The notes under the pieces are model-generated. The model was given only the letters and a program-made list of their open reading frames with translations, was not told the origin of the DNA and did no database searches. A program made the position numbers and the translations under genes. DNA of 64,000 nucleotides from Terriglobales bacterium (GTDB lineage: Bacteria > Acidobacteriota > Terriglobia > Terriglobales > SCQP01). Positions 28,771 to 38,534 of this stretch are shown here, in pieces (position 1 is the stretch's first letter; each line of letters begins with the position of its first letter). The stretch spans positions 41,519-105,518 of the forward strand of contig DATNED010000059.1 of assembly GCA_035553115.1 (NCBI GenBank), in the 5' to 3' direction.

Positions 28771-29454
28771 ATGGCCGGCCGCTATCCGTTCAACCACTTG
28801 GCCGCAATTCGCCATCTGCGCGATCGCGACCCGCGCATGGGCGCATTGATCGCCGAAGCTGGGCGCTTCCGCATGACCTTAGAGCCGCACCAGCACCCCT
28901 TCGAATCCTTGCTCAGCTCCATTCTCTACCAGCAACTACATGGCTCCGCCGCAGCCGCCATTCTGCAACGCGTCAAAGATCAAATCGGCGGGGGCGGCTT
29001 CCCTTCCCCTGCGCAATTGCTGCACGCCAGCGATGAATCGTTGCGCGCCACCGGGCTTTCGCGGCAGAAATCCGCAGCACTGCGCGATCTGGCTGCCAAG
29101 ACGCATGCGGGTGTCGTCCCGGATTGGGTGGAATTGACCCGATTGGACGACGCCGCCATCATTGAGCGCCTGACCACGGTTCGAGGCGTAGGCGTCTGGA
29201 CCGTTCAAATGCTGCTGATGTTTCGCTTGGGGCGCCCCGATGTTCTCCCGGTTCTCGATTACGGCGTGCGCTACGGGTTTCAGCTAGCCTACCGCAGGCG
29301 CGCAATGCCGACGCCCAAGGAGCTCGCGAAATTTGGCGAGCGCTGGAAGCCCTACCGCAGCGTGGCGAGTTGGTACTTGTGGCGGCAGGTCCACCTGCAC
29401 CGCGAGAAGGCCGCCCAAGCTCGCAAGGCCGACTCCCACCGCATCAAAAGCTGA
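28771..29454 (+). CDS. alkA: DNA-3-methyladenine glycosylase II (AlkA-type, HhH-GPD)
   Basis: HhH-GPD region LTTVRGVGVWTVQMLLMFRLGRPDVLPVLDYGVR. Confidence 0.85.
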   Translation: MAGRYPFNHLAAIRHLRDRDPRMGALIAEAGRFRMTLEPHQHPFESLLSSILYQQLHGSAAAAILQRVKDQIGGGGFPSPAQLLHASDESLRATGLSRQKSAALRDLAAKTHAGVVPDWVELTRLDDAAIIERLTTVRGVGVWTVQMLLMFRLGRPDVLPVLDYGVRYGFQLAYRRRAMPTPKELAKFGERWKPYRSVASWYLWRQVHLHREKAAQARKADSHRIKS

Positions 29455-32341
29455 GGCGGGCGGAGAATTGCAACTCGCGCGGCGTCAGCTCGCTGGAGAT
29501 GCCGAACGTGGGAGTTCCCAATGATGCCGGCGCCGTAGGTCCGTTGCCGTAGGTGCCGTTGAACCCGACAAAATTCGCGTGGTTGAAGACATTGAACGCC
29601 TCGGCCCGCAAGCGCAGGCTCATCCGTTCGCCGATCGCAAACGGCCGCTCAACAAATGGATCGAAGCTGTAGATCGGTGTGCCCCTTCCACTATTGCGCG
29701 CGATCACCACGCCGTTCACCACCGGTCGGTCCGTCTCCTGCCGATTGTTGCCTCCGTTCGTGCTGCCCGTCACGATGTTGTACGCCAACCCTGAGGCTAG
29801 AGTGGTGACGCCGCCGAACGATATTTGGTAAAACGCGGTGTAGATGCCGCTCAGAACGAAGCGCTGCCGCTGATCAAAAAGTGCATTGCCCTTCTCTTGC
29901 AACCCGGTCACCGCAGGGTCGTTCGGGCTCTGTCCGGTCGCATCGGGATCCACCGTGTCCAATGCATGCGACCAGGTATAGCTCGCCAGTGCCTGCAAAT
30001 GATGACTGAACTTGTGGTTGAGATTGACTTCCAGCGCATCGTACCATGCCGTGCCATCGTTCACGGTCGTCTCCACTACGTCGTACTTCGGCGTCACCCC
30101 GATCGAGGCGTCATAAATCCAAAGCGGGCGTCCTGCGTTCGCCGCGGCCGCGCTTCGGTTCTGGCCTTGCGCCGCTCGCGTGAACGCCGGCGGCGCATCA
30201 ATATCGAGCGGCCGGTCGATCCGCAGCGTGTGGTTTCCGATGTAATCGGCGCTCAGCACCCAGTTGCGCGGGAATGAATGTTCCACGCCGAACGTCCACT
30301 GCTCCGAATACGGATTCAGCAGCTCTGAAGGATATCCCTCCAGTACCGAGGTCGGCAGGAATTGATTGTAATAGCTCGCGAATCCAGGGCGCAGGAACAG
30401 GCTCAAGCGCGGGGTATCGGCGCCGGTCGGGAACGCCGCCCAAGGAGCCACAGTCGTTGGGAATCCCGGCTGCCCAGGTGCTACCGTGAAGTTGAAGAAC
30501 CCGGTCGGCCCAGTCAGCGCATAGCTGGCTTCGGCATTGTCGTGAATCTGCGAATAGTAGATGCCGTATCCTCCGCGCACCACCGTATTGGCCATGGGAC
30601 TATAGGCAAAACCAATGCGCGGCGCGAAATCCCTTTTCGACTGGGCGAACGTTTGGCGCTCGTACCGCAAGCCCAAATTCACGGTCAAGTTCGATCGCGC
30701 TTGAAAATTATCCTGCACGAACATCGCGCCGAGCGTGTCATTCACCGTGTAGGTGCCATTGCCGAAGCTCTGGGTAAAGCTGGCCACGTTCTTAATGTTG
30801 CTGGTGTATGCCGGGCTTTCGCAGAAGGCCACCGACTGTCCCGCAAGGGTGGGATCGCAGGGATTAAACGTGAAGCTGCCCAAAAATGCCGGCCCGCCGA
30901 ATTCCTGGCTGTTGCCTCCGTTGTGGCTGATGATCGCGTCCGCGCCAAATTGGACCGAATGCCGCCCCCAGGTACCTTCAAGCGTGTCGGCGACCTCGTA
31001 TTGGCGGTTCAGCAGCAGAGCGGACTGGGAGGTGCCGCTGGTGAACGTCTGAACCCCGACGATGGGTACCACGAAGGCGGTGCTGTTGTTCACCGGATCG
31101 AACTGCGTGATGGGAGAGGCCAACTGAAATTGAAGGCGGAGCGCGTTGACCATGGTCGGCGAGAGCACATAAGTATCGCCGCCCACCACCGAATAGGTGC
31201 GCCGCTGAAACACGCGGTCGGTCGTGGGCAAGGTGTTGCCACCCACCGATCCATTCGGGTTGGTGTCGTAGAAGGAATCAATATCGCCACGGAGAAACAT
31301 GCTGTGGTTCGAGCTGAATTGATGATCCAGCCGCCCGTAGAATAGCCCGCCCCGGTAATGTCCAATGAAATCTCCGGGCGCCAGCGGTGAAATGACCGGA
31401 GATGCCCGGCGCCGCGCACTCACCTCGCCAGCTACTGCGAACTGCGTGTGCTCGCCTGCAGGTCCGCTCACAACCCAGTCGCCCTGATTGAAAATGTCGT
31501 TGGTTGGATGAGCTGAAGCGCTGGTGCTCGCCAATCCGCTCAGGCTCGCCGCCGTGCCGTTGGGCCGGAAGGTATATTCGCCTGACCCGTGCAGTTGATC
31601 GCTTCCGCTCTTCGTGACGATATTGACCACCCCGCCGGTGGTGGCCCCGTACTGGGCCGAGAACGCGTTCTCCAGCACGGTAATCTCCTGCACCGCATCG
31701 GCAGGTATGGCGCTGAAAATTGTCTGCCTCCCCCAACTGTCATTGCCGTTTGCACCGTCAACCGCAAATGAGGTCTGCCGACGTCCTGAGCCGCCGGTCG
31801 TAATCAGCGTTTGATTGGTGAAAGTGTCACCCATGTTGATCGCCGGGCGATTGGCCGAATTCAACAGTGGCAGATTCGTGATTTGGTTCCCTAGCAAGGG
31901 CGTGGCTTCAATCTGCCGTGCGTCCAAGCGGTCACCCAACTGCGGTTGGTCCGCTCGCACCTCACCAACCGCGCCGGTGACGGTGATTTCGCTGGCGCTG
32001 CCCTGCACCCCGAGCGGCAGGTCAATGGTTGCCGTGGCGCCGCCGATTAAGGTCAAGTCGCCGATCATTGCGGTCGCAAACCCGGGCTGATTGGCCGTGA
32101 GCGTGTACGTGCCGGACACCGGCAATCCAGCCAATGTGTAATTGCCCTCGGCGTCGGTAGTGGCGGAGCGCACGACACCGGTGGCGGCGTTGCGCACCTC
32201 AACCCGCGCGCCGGCCACGGCGGCGTGACTGGGGTCGGAGACATGTCCGCGGAGGGTGGCGCTGTCGGTGGTCTGTGCAACACCGAAGCAGCCTAGGAAC
32301 AGGCCGCAAAGAGTGGCGCAGAACAGGAATCGAAGGCGCAT
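29444..32341 (-). CDS. TonB-dependent receptor with CarboxypepD_reg-like N-terminal domain
   Basis: Signal peptide. ATLRGHVSDPSHAAVAGARVEVRNAATG ... DAEGNYTLAGLP. About 800 aa of barrel. C-terminal ...LQFSARLSF. Confidence 0.9.
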   Translation of the reverse strand: MRLRFLFCATLCGLFLGCFGVAQTTDSATLRGHVSDPSHAAVAGARVEVRNAATGVVRSATTDAEGNYTLAGLPVSGTYTLTANQPGFATAMIGDLTLIGGATATIDLPLGVQGSASEITVTGAVGEVRADQPQLGDRLDARQIEATPLLGNQITNLPLLNSANRPAINMGDTFTNQTLITTGGSGRRQTSFAVDGANGNDSWGRQTIFSAIPADAVQEITVLENAFSAQYGATTGGVVNIVTKSGSDQLHGSGEYTFRPNGTAASLSGLASTSASAHPTNDIFNQGDWVVSGPAGEHTQFAVAGEVSARRRASPVISPLAPGDFIGHYRGGLFYGRLDHQFSSNHSMFLRGDIDSFYDTNPNGSVGGNTLPTTDRVFQRRTYSVVGGDTYVLSPTMVNALRLQFQLASPITQFDPVNNSTAFVVPIVGVQTFTSGTSQSALLLNRQYEVADTLEGTWGRHSVQFGADAIISHNGGNSQEFGGPAFLGSFTFNPCDPTLAGQSVAFCESPAYTSNIKNVASFTQSFGNGTYTVNDTLGAMFVQDNFQARSNLTVNLGLRYERQTFAQSKRDFAPRIGFAYSPMANTVVRGGYGIYYSQIHDNAEASYALTGPTGFFNFTVAPGQPGFPTTVAPWAAFPTGADTPRLSLFLRPGFASYYNQFLPTSVLEGYPSELLNPYSEQWTFGVEHSFPRNWVLSADYIGNHTLRIDRPLDIDAPPAFTRAAQGQNRSAAAANAGRPLWIYDASIGVTPKYDVVETTVNDGTAWYDALEVNLNHKFSHHLQALASYTWSHALDTVDPDATGQSPNDPAVTGLQEKGNALFDQRQRFVLSGIYTAFYQISFGGVTTLASGLAYNIVTGSTNGGNNRQETDRPVVNGVVIARNSGRGTPIYSFDPFVERPFAIGERMSLRLRAEAFNVFNHANFVGFNGTYGNGPTAPASLGTPTFGISSELTPRELQFSARLSF

Positions 32342-32390
32342 GCTTCGACTCTAATTCTCGTCGCCCACTACTACCAGCGGCGTCGGTGGC

Positions 32391-33431
32391 CTACCTGTGC
32401 TCGGCCATGATTGCCTCAAGCACCGACGATGACGGCCGCATCACAGAAAGCTGCAAGTCGGCCAATGGAGTTTCGACCAGTTCCAGCTGCGAGATGAAGT
32501 CAGGCTTCTTGGTGTCCAGATAGAAAACGCCGGTTAAAACTTCCCCTCGCTCGTGGGCGTCAGTCAGCACCCGCAGGGCTTGCTGCCGATCGGAGGGATC
32601 GAAGTCTTGTGCAAGTTTGCGCAGGCGAAGCTTGGATCCGTCATGCATCGCAACTTCTACGGTAGTCCCTGGATCGTAGTCCACAGCGATCTCCGCGAAT
32701 GAAGGAACGAAACTGACTTCTTGCAATGCTTCCTCGTGCTCGAGCACGTATTTGTAGCTCTTGGTCGAACCCTCATGGTCATTGAAGGTCACGCAGGGCG
32801 AAATCACATCGAGCATCACCGTGCCGCGGTGGGCCAGCGCTGCTTTGAGGATGGCGGTGAGCTGTCTTTTGTCTCCGGAGAAGGAGCGCGCAACAAATGT
32901 CGCTCCGCTCAGCACTGCCAGCGCGCAGGTGTCGAGCGCCGGCAGGTCATTGATCACACCACTCTTCTGTTTGGCGCCCAGATCGGCCGTGGCAGAAAAC
33001 TGGCCCTTTGTTAGTCCGTATACGCCGTTGTCTTCAATGATGTAAATCAATGGAAGGTTGCGCCGCATGAGGTGGATGAATTGCCCCATGCCAATGGAAG
33101 CGGTGTCGCCGTCGCCGCTGACCCCGAGCGCCTGCAGCGAGGCATTGGCCAGCACCGCGCCGGTCGCGACGCTCGGCATGCGGCCGTGGACAGAGTTGAA
33201 GCCAAACGACCGTCCCAGGAAGTACGCCGGGCTCTTGCTCGAGCACCCGATCCCGCTGAGTTTGACGAAGCGATGCGGGTGCACGCCCATCTCATAGCAG
33301 GCGTCAATGATGCGCTCGCTGATGGCGTTGTGCCCGCAGCCTGCGCAGAGTGTCGTTTTTGAACCGCGGTACTCCGGCTGCGGCAGCCCGATATGATTCA
33401 GTTTCACTGGCGGCGGAACCGTGGTAGCCAT
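32391..33431 (-). CDS. korB: 2-oxoacid:ferredoxin oxidoreductase subunit beta
   Basis: TLCAGCGHN motif and TPP-binding GVSGDGDTASIGMGQF. ATG 33431 (MATTV...) is preferred over the upstream TTG 33455. Confidence 0.9.
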   Translation of the reverse strand: MATTVPPPVKLNHIGLPQPEYRGSKTTLCAGCGHNAISERIIDACYEMGVHPHRFVKLSGIGCSSKSPAYFLGRSFGFNSVHGRMPSVATGAVLANASLQALGVSGDGDTASIGMGQFIHLMRRNLPLIYIIEDNGVYGLTKGQFSATADLGAKQKSGVINDLPALDTCALAVLSGATFVARSFSGDKRQLTAILKAALAHRGTVMLDVISPCVTFNDHEGSTKSYKYVLEHEEALQEVSFVPSFAEIAVDYDPGTTVEVAMHDGSKLRLRKLAQDFDPSDRQQALRVLTDAHERGEVLTGVFYLDTKKPDFISQLELVETPLADLQLSVMRPSSSVLEAIMAEHR

Positions 33432-33435
33432 GCGT

Positions 33436-35274
33436 TTATCGCCCCTCCTGGGCAAGGATTTCGATCGTCAGCGAGCGGGCATCCACCGGCAGGCCGTTGT
33501 AGTGGCGGACCGAGCGGAGCCGCGCGCCCAATTCTGCGCCCAGATCCATAAGCAATAAATTGAACAGCTGGGCGTCTCGATTCTGTTCGACCACGTACAC
33601 GCGCTCGTATTGGCGAACGAATTCCCCCACTCGAGCGGCAAACGGGAACCCGCGCAGTCGAAGGTAGCTTGCGCGCAGATCCCACTCGTCGCGGAGTTGG
33701 TCCAGAGACTCCAGCACGGCCGGATGCGAGCTGCCGAACGCGATCACCCCCACCGGCGCGCCGCGCTCCTCTCGCTCCAGCACCGGTGCAGGGACACGTT
33801 CGCGCGCCCCTTCCCACTTGCGCTGCAGCCGATCGAGGTTGGCCGTATAGTCCGTCGCCTTTTCGCTGTATTGCGCCTTTTCGTTGTGCCCACTTCCGCG
33901 GGTGAAAAAAGACGCCTGCGGATGGTCGGTGCCGGGAAGCGTACGATAGCCGATACCGTCCCCGTCCACGTCACGATAGCGGGCCCAATCACCATTAAGC
34001 CGCTCCAAGTCCGCCGCAGTGAGTATCTTGCCCCGATCCCAAGGCTCTTCAGGGTAGCGAAAGGGCTCCGCCATCCAATGGTTCATCGCCAGATCCAAAT
34101 CCGATAGCACGAATACAGGCGTCTGGAATCGCTCCGCCATGTCAAATGCTTCCATGCTCAGCGAATAGCACTCCTCGACACTGCCCGGCAGCAGCACCAA
34201 ATGTCGGGTGTCCCCATGCCCCAGCGTCGCGACGAAAGAAAGATCGGCTTGCGAGGTCCGCGTGGGCAAGCCGGTGGACGGGCCGACGCGCTGAATGTCG
34301 AAAATAACCGCCGGAATCTCTGCGTAGTAGCCGAGCCCGACGAATTCGCTCATCAAGCTAATGCCCGGGCCTGAGGTCGAGGTCATCGCCCTGGCGCCCA
34401 TCCAGCCCGCTCCCAAGACCATCCCGCAGGCCGCAAGCTCATCTTCTGCCTGCACAGCCGCAAACGTTGCCTTTCCATCGGGCGTGCGCCGATACCGCTT
34501 GAGGTAATCAATCAAGAACTCGCACAGCGAACTCGAGGGCGTGATCGGATACCAAGCGACAATGGCCACCCCGGCAAACAGGCACCCCAGCGCCGCCGCC
34601 GCATTGCCTTCGATGACAATCTTCCCCGCAGTCGCATTCATGCGCTCGAGCTGACACCGATCCGGAGCCGGAAATTGTTCGCGAGCGTAGGCGTGTCCGG
34701 CCTGCACTGCGGCCCAGTTCAGATCGGCCGCCTTGCGCTTCTTGGCGAACTGCCGCCGTAAGGCGCGTTCTACCTCGACCATCTCCATGCCGGTCAAGTG
34801 GGCCACGGCGCCGACGTACAGCATGTTGCGCACCAGCTTGCGCAGCTTCGCCTCCGGGCACACCGGAGCAATCAGTTTGTCGAACGGCAACGGATAAAAG
34901 ACCAAGTCCGAGCGCAATTTCGAGAGCCCCATCGGCTCGTCGTACAGCACCGAGGCACCGGCCTCCAGCCCGGCGACATCGTCGCGCGCGGTTTCGGGAT
35001 TCAACGCCACCAGAAAGTCAATCTCTTTTTTGCGCGCCACGTATCCGTGCTTGCTGGCGCGAATCGTATACCAGGTCGGCAGGCCGGCAATATTGGAGGG
35101 AAACAGATTCTTGCCTGAAATCGGAATGCCCATCTGGAACAGCGTCCGCAGCAGCACCAGGTTCGACGATTGGCTTCCGCTGCCGTTTACGGTGGCCACC
35201 TGCAAGCTGAAATCATTCAAGTGGGTTGGCGATCGCGGTACGGCAACGTCTTCGGCTGGGGCGAGGCTGGACAT
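33436..35274 (-). CDS. korA: 2-oxoacid:acceptor oxidoreductase subunit alpha
   Basis: 612 aa. N-terminus FSLQVATVNGSGSQSSN. Fused gamma/alpha-type POR domains. Immediately upstream of korB. Confidence 0.9.
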   Translation of the reverse strand: MSSLAPAEDVAVPRSPTHLNDFSLQVATVNGSGSQSSNLVLLRTLFQMGIPISGKNLFPSNIAGLPTWYTIRASKHGYVARKKEIDFLVALNPETARDDVAGLEAGASVLYDEPMGLSKLRSDLVFYPLPFDKLIAPVCPEAKLRKLVRNMLYVGAVAHLTGMEMVEVERALRRQFAKKRKAADLNWAAVQAGHAYAREQFPAPDRCQLERMNATAGKIVIEGNAAAALGCLFAGVAIVAWYPITPSSSLCEFLIDYLKRYRRTPDGKATFAAVQAEDELAACGMVLGAGWMGARAMTSTSGPGISLMSEFVGLGYYAEIPAVIFDIQRVGPSTGLPTRTSQADLSFVATLGHGDTRHLVLLPGSVEECYSLSMEAFDMAERFQTPVFVLSDLDLAMNHWMAEPFRYPEEPWDRGKILTAADLERLNGDWARYRDVDGDGIGYRTLPGTDHPQASFFTRGSGHNEKAQYSEKATDYTANLDRLQRKWEGARERVPAPVLEREERGAPVGVIAFGSSHPAVLESLDQLRDEWDLRASYLRLRGFPFAARVGEFVRQYERVYVVEQNRDAQLFNLLLMDLGAELGARLRSVRHYNGLPVDARSLTIEILAQEGR

Positions 35275-35403
35275 CGGTGTTGTGCTCAGGACCAGTATAC
35301 GGATGCCGGTGCTGGGCCGAAAGTGGGCTGTGCGGATGCATTGGCGGCGAAAAACAAACCTGCGCCCAAGGGATGATCATCCATTGCGGAAGCGGAGGAA
35401 CCA

Positions 35404-36333
35404 TTGCTCGAAGCCTTGATGCTTTGGAATGAGCCCAACAACCTCTCCCATTGGAACTTTCGCCTTGATCCGGAGTGGCGCACCTTTGCAGCAATGGTTC
35501 GGGGGGCGGCAGAGTCGGTGCGTGCGGTGCGGCCCCAATTGAAGCTGGTGCTCGGCGGAATGTCGCCGGTGGATTCTAACTTTGTGCGCCTGCTGGCTAG
35601 CCAGGGCGTGCTCGCAGCCGTGGACCGGATTGCGGTGCACGGTTTTCCGTTGGATTGGAATCATTGGAAGATCAGCGAGTGGCCCGAGAAAGTCGCCGCG
35701 ATTGAAGATGCCAGCGGTATGGCGGTCTGGGTGAGCGAAGCCGGCGCCTCCTCGTTTGGAGCCGACGAGGTGCAGGTATTTGGCCTGGAGACTACAGCCC
35801 GGCTGCTGCAAGGCAAGGTCGAGCGCCTGCACTGGTACAGCCTTTTCGATTTGCCGGCGAGTTGGGAGGCCACCACGCGGCATCGCGAGAGCGAAGGTTC
35901 AGCCTATTACCGCCATTACTACATGGGCCTCATTCGGGCCGACGGCGGCCCCAAACCCGCCTGCGCCCGCTTCCCCGAGGGCATGGGAATTTGTCAATGG
36001 TTCCATTTCGAAGATCCCCGCCTTGACCAAGCCGTTGCGTGGCTGAAGCGGCTCCGCGTGCGCCACCTGCGCACCGGATTGAGTTGGGCCGACTGGTACC
36101 GCCCTGGTGCCCAGACTTGGTTCGACCGGCAAATGAGCACGCTGGCCGAGTTCGATCTCACGCTTACGCTGTGCTTCACCCCCGCGCACCTGGGCCTTGA
36201 ATCTCATTACGCCTCCCCTCCCCGCGCCGACGCGCTGGCCGAGTTTGCGCGTTTTGCCGCCTGGGCCGCGCAGCGCTACGGCCAAGCCTCAGAATCGACC
36301 CTTCAGCTCTGCGCTGTGGAGGAAGTCGCGTGA
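35404..36333 (+). CDS. GH39-like (clan GH-A) glycoside-hydrolase barrel, apparently circularly permuted
   Basis: TTG start with GGAGG 5 nt upstream. An in-frame stop at 35374-35376 blocks any longer N-terminus. WNEPN at aa 8-12, VWVSEAG at aa 108-114, HWYSLFD, GLIRADGGPKPA, then N-terminal-type barrel segments in the last ~115 aa (see finding). Confidence 0.6.
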   Translation: MLEALMLWNEPNNLSHWNFRLDPEWRTFAAMVRGAAESVRAVRPQLKLVLGGMSPVDSNFVRLLASQGVLAAVDRIAVHGFPLDWNHWKISEWPEKVAAIEDASGMAVWVSEAGASSFGADEVQVFGLETTARLLQGKVERLHWYSLFDLPASWEATTRHRESEGSAYYRHYYMGLIRADGGPKPACARFPEGMGICQWFHFEDPRLDQAVAWLKRLRVRHLRTGLSWADWYRPGAQTWFDRQMSTLAEFDLTLTLCFTPAHLGLESHYASPPRADALAEFARFAAWAAQRYGQASESTLQLCAVEEVA

Positions 36334-37499
36334 AGGCCAATGGCGATTCCCCCCGCGTTCTGATCACCGGCGGTGCCGGATTCCTTGGTTCCCATCTGGC
36401 CGACCGGCTGCTCACGGCTGGCTATCGCGTTCGGCTGCTCGACAACCTCGATCCCCAGGTGCATCCCCACGGCCCGCCGCGGTATCTCCCGCCCGAGGCT
36501 GAATTGTGCGTCGGCAGTGTCCTCGATGCCGATGCCGTGGATCGGGTGCTGACCGGCGTCACCGCCGTCGTCCATTTTGCGGCGGTGGTCGGAGTGGGCC
36601 AGTCGATGTACCAGATTGCCCGCTATAGCCAGGTGAATCTGCAGGGAACCGCGGTTGTTCTTGAAGCCATGCTGCGCCGCCAGCGTCAGTTGGGGAGCGG
36701 GTTGGAACGCCTCCTGATCGCTGGATCGATGTCAGTGTACGGCGAAGGCCGGTACTGGTGCGAGAAGTGTCAGCACCTGCGCGCTCCCAGCCGGCGCGAG
36801 CTGGCCCAATTGCGCGCTCAGCGCTGGGAGCCATCTTGTTCAATTTGCGGCGGCGATCTCGAACCCCGCCCAACCGATGAACAAAAACCTCCTGAGTTGG
36901 GGTCAATCTACGCTCTAACCAAGTACATGCAGGAGGAGATGTGCCTGCTCTTCGGCCGCAGCTACGGGCTCGCCGCCACTGCTTTGCGGTTCTTCAACAC
37001 CTATGGTCCAAGGCAGGCGCTGTCGAATCCGTATACCGGCGTAGCCGCTGTGTTTGCCGCCGAATTGCTCGCCGGCCGCCCGCCGCAGGTGTTCGAGGAC
37101 GGAGGCCAACTCCGCGACCTCGTAAGCGTGCACGATGTCACTGCTGCCTGCCAGCTGGCGCTGGAATCAGACCACGCCGCCGATCGGGTCTTCAATATCG
37201 CCAGCGGCCAGACGCTTACAGTGGCTGCGCTCGCGCGGCGCCTAGCGGAGGCGCTGAAAGCTGCCATCCCTCCCACCATCACCGGGCGCTTCCGCCTGGG
37301 GGATGCCCGCCACTGCGTGGCGGACATTCGAGCTGCGCAACAGGTCCTGGGCTTTCACCCCTGGGTTGGACTCGACGAAGGTATGCGCGAACTGGCCGCA
37401 TGGCTACGCAGCCAGACCGCTGTGACCCACGAAGATTTCCGGGTGGGCGCTCAGGCCCGTGCTACGGCCGAATTGCAAGCCTTCGGCCTGACCGGATAA
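36330..37499 (+). CDS. NAD-dependent epimerase/dehydratase (extended SDR) with Cys4 insertion
   Basis: GTGA overlap. Rossmann motif VLITGGAGFLGSHL. Catalytic YALTK. CEKC...CSIC lies between the catalytic Ser region and YxxxK. Confidence 0.9.
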   Translation: MKANGDSPRVLITGGAGFLGSHLADRLLTAGYRVRLLDNLDPQVHPHGPPRYLPPEAELCVGSVLDADAVDRVLTGVTAVVHFAAVVGVGQSMYQIARYSQVNLQGTAVVLEAMLRRQRQLGSGLERLLIAGSMSVYGEGRYWCEKCQHLRAPSRRELAQLRAQRWEPSCSICGGDLEPRPTDEQKPPELGSIYALTKYMQEEMCLLFGRSYGLAATALRFFNTYGPRQALSNPYTGVAAVFAAELLAGRPPQVFEDGGQLRDLVSVHDVTAACQLALESDHAADRVFNIASGQTLTVAALARRLAEALKAAIPPTITGRFRLGDARHCVADIRAAQQVLGFHPWVGLDEGMRELAAWLRSQTAVTHEDFRVGAQARATAELQAFGLTG

Positions 37500-37517
37500 T
37501 CCATTCGAGCCCGGCCC

Positions 37518-38531
37518 ATGCGAGTACTCATCACCAGCGATGCGGTCGGCGGGGTTAGCGTCATCAGCTCAGAATTGTCTCGCGCTCTGACCAACCGCGG
37601 GCACCAGGTGCAGGTGACGGTGTTTGCGCTGCCCCGATTTCGCCTTGAATGGATGGACAGCGGCGCGCCGCTCATCAGCGACATCGCCGACGCCCGCACT
37701 CATTTGGCTGCCGTCGCCGCTCAGTTTCACCCCGATGTCGTGCAATGCAACCAGTTCGCATTTGTCGGTGCGGTGCCAGGCATCCCGAGCATCTTGTCCG
37801 TTCACAGTGACGTCGTTTCTTGGTGGCGCTGGGTCGAGGGCGGGCCGCCGCCCGACACGCCGTTTCAACGGTGGTATCGACGGTTGGCGTTAACTGCGTT
37901 GGAGCAGGCTGCCGCAGTGGTGACTCCTACTCGCGCCGCCGCCGCCGACCTCCTTGAAAGCTTTGGATTCGACAGGCAGGTGGAGATAATCCCCAACGCC
38001 TTGAACTTCATCGCTTCTCGCCACGCCAGTGATCGTTCTGGTGCGGTCAGCCTCGGGCGCATTTGGGACGCGGCCAAACAGTTCCCGCTCTTAGCTGAGG
38101 CTGCGCAGTTGGCCGGCGTCGAGGTCGCGATCGCGGGCGACCGGCGTCATCCTGTCAGTCAATCCGAAACTCACCTGCCCGGCGGTTTGCACTGGTTTGG
38201 CTGCCTGGATCGCGCCGCCGTCGCCCGACTGCTTGGTTCGCGGAAGGTGTACGTGGCCGCGAGCCGCTATGAGCCGTTCGGGCTGGCTCCGCTCGAAGCC
38301 GCCCACGCCGGCTGCGCACTGCTCCTGGCAGACCTGCCTAGTCTGCGCGAAGTCTGGGGCGATGCCGCCATCTATTTCGATCGCGATTCTTCTTCGGACC
38401 TGGCCCGCAACTTATCTTCCCTGCTCTCGAGCCCAGTCTCCAGTCCGCGGAGCAGGTTTGCCCGGGCGCAAGCATTTTCGCCAAGTGCCATGGCTGCATC
38501 CTACGAATCGCTGTATGCAAATTGCGTTTGA
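37518..38531 (+). CDS. Glycosyltransferase family 4 (GT-B)
   Basis: N-terminus MRVLITSDAVGGVSV. E-x7-E region SRYEPFGLAPLEAAHAGCALL. Confidence 0.85.
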   Translation: MRVLITSDAVGGVSVISSELSRALTNRGHQVQVTVFALPRFRLEWMDSGAPLISDIADARTHLAAVAAQFHPDVVQCNQFAFVGAVPGIPSILSVHSDVVSWWRWVEGGPPPDTPFQRWYRRLALTALEQAAAVVTPTRAAAADLLESFGFDRQVEIIPNALNFIASRHASDRSGAVSLGRIWDAAKQFPLLAEAAQLAGVEVAIAGDRRHPVSQSETHLPGGLHWFGCLDRAAVARLLGSRKVYVAASRYEPFGLAPLEAAHAGCALLLADLPSLREVWGDAAIYFDRDSSSDLARNLSSLLSSPVSSPRSRFARAQAFSPSAMAASYESLYANCV

Positions 38532-38534
38532 CCC

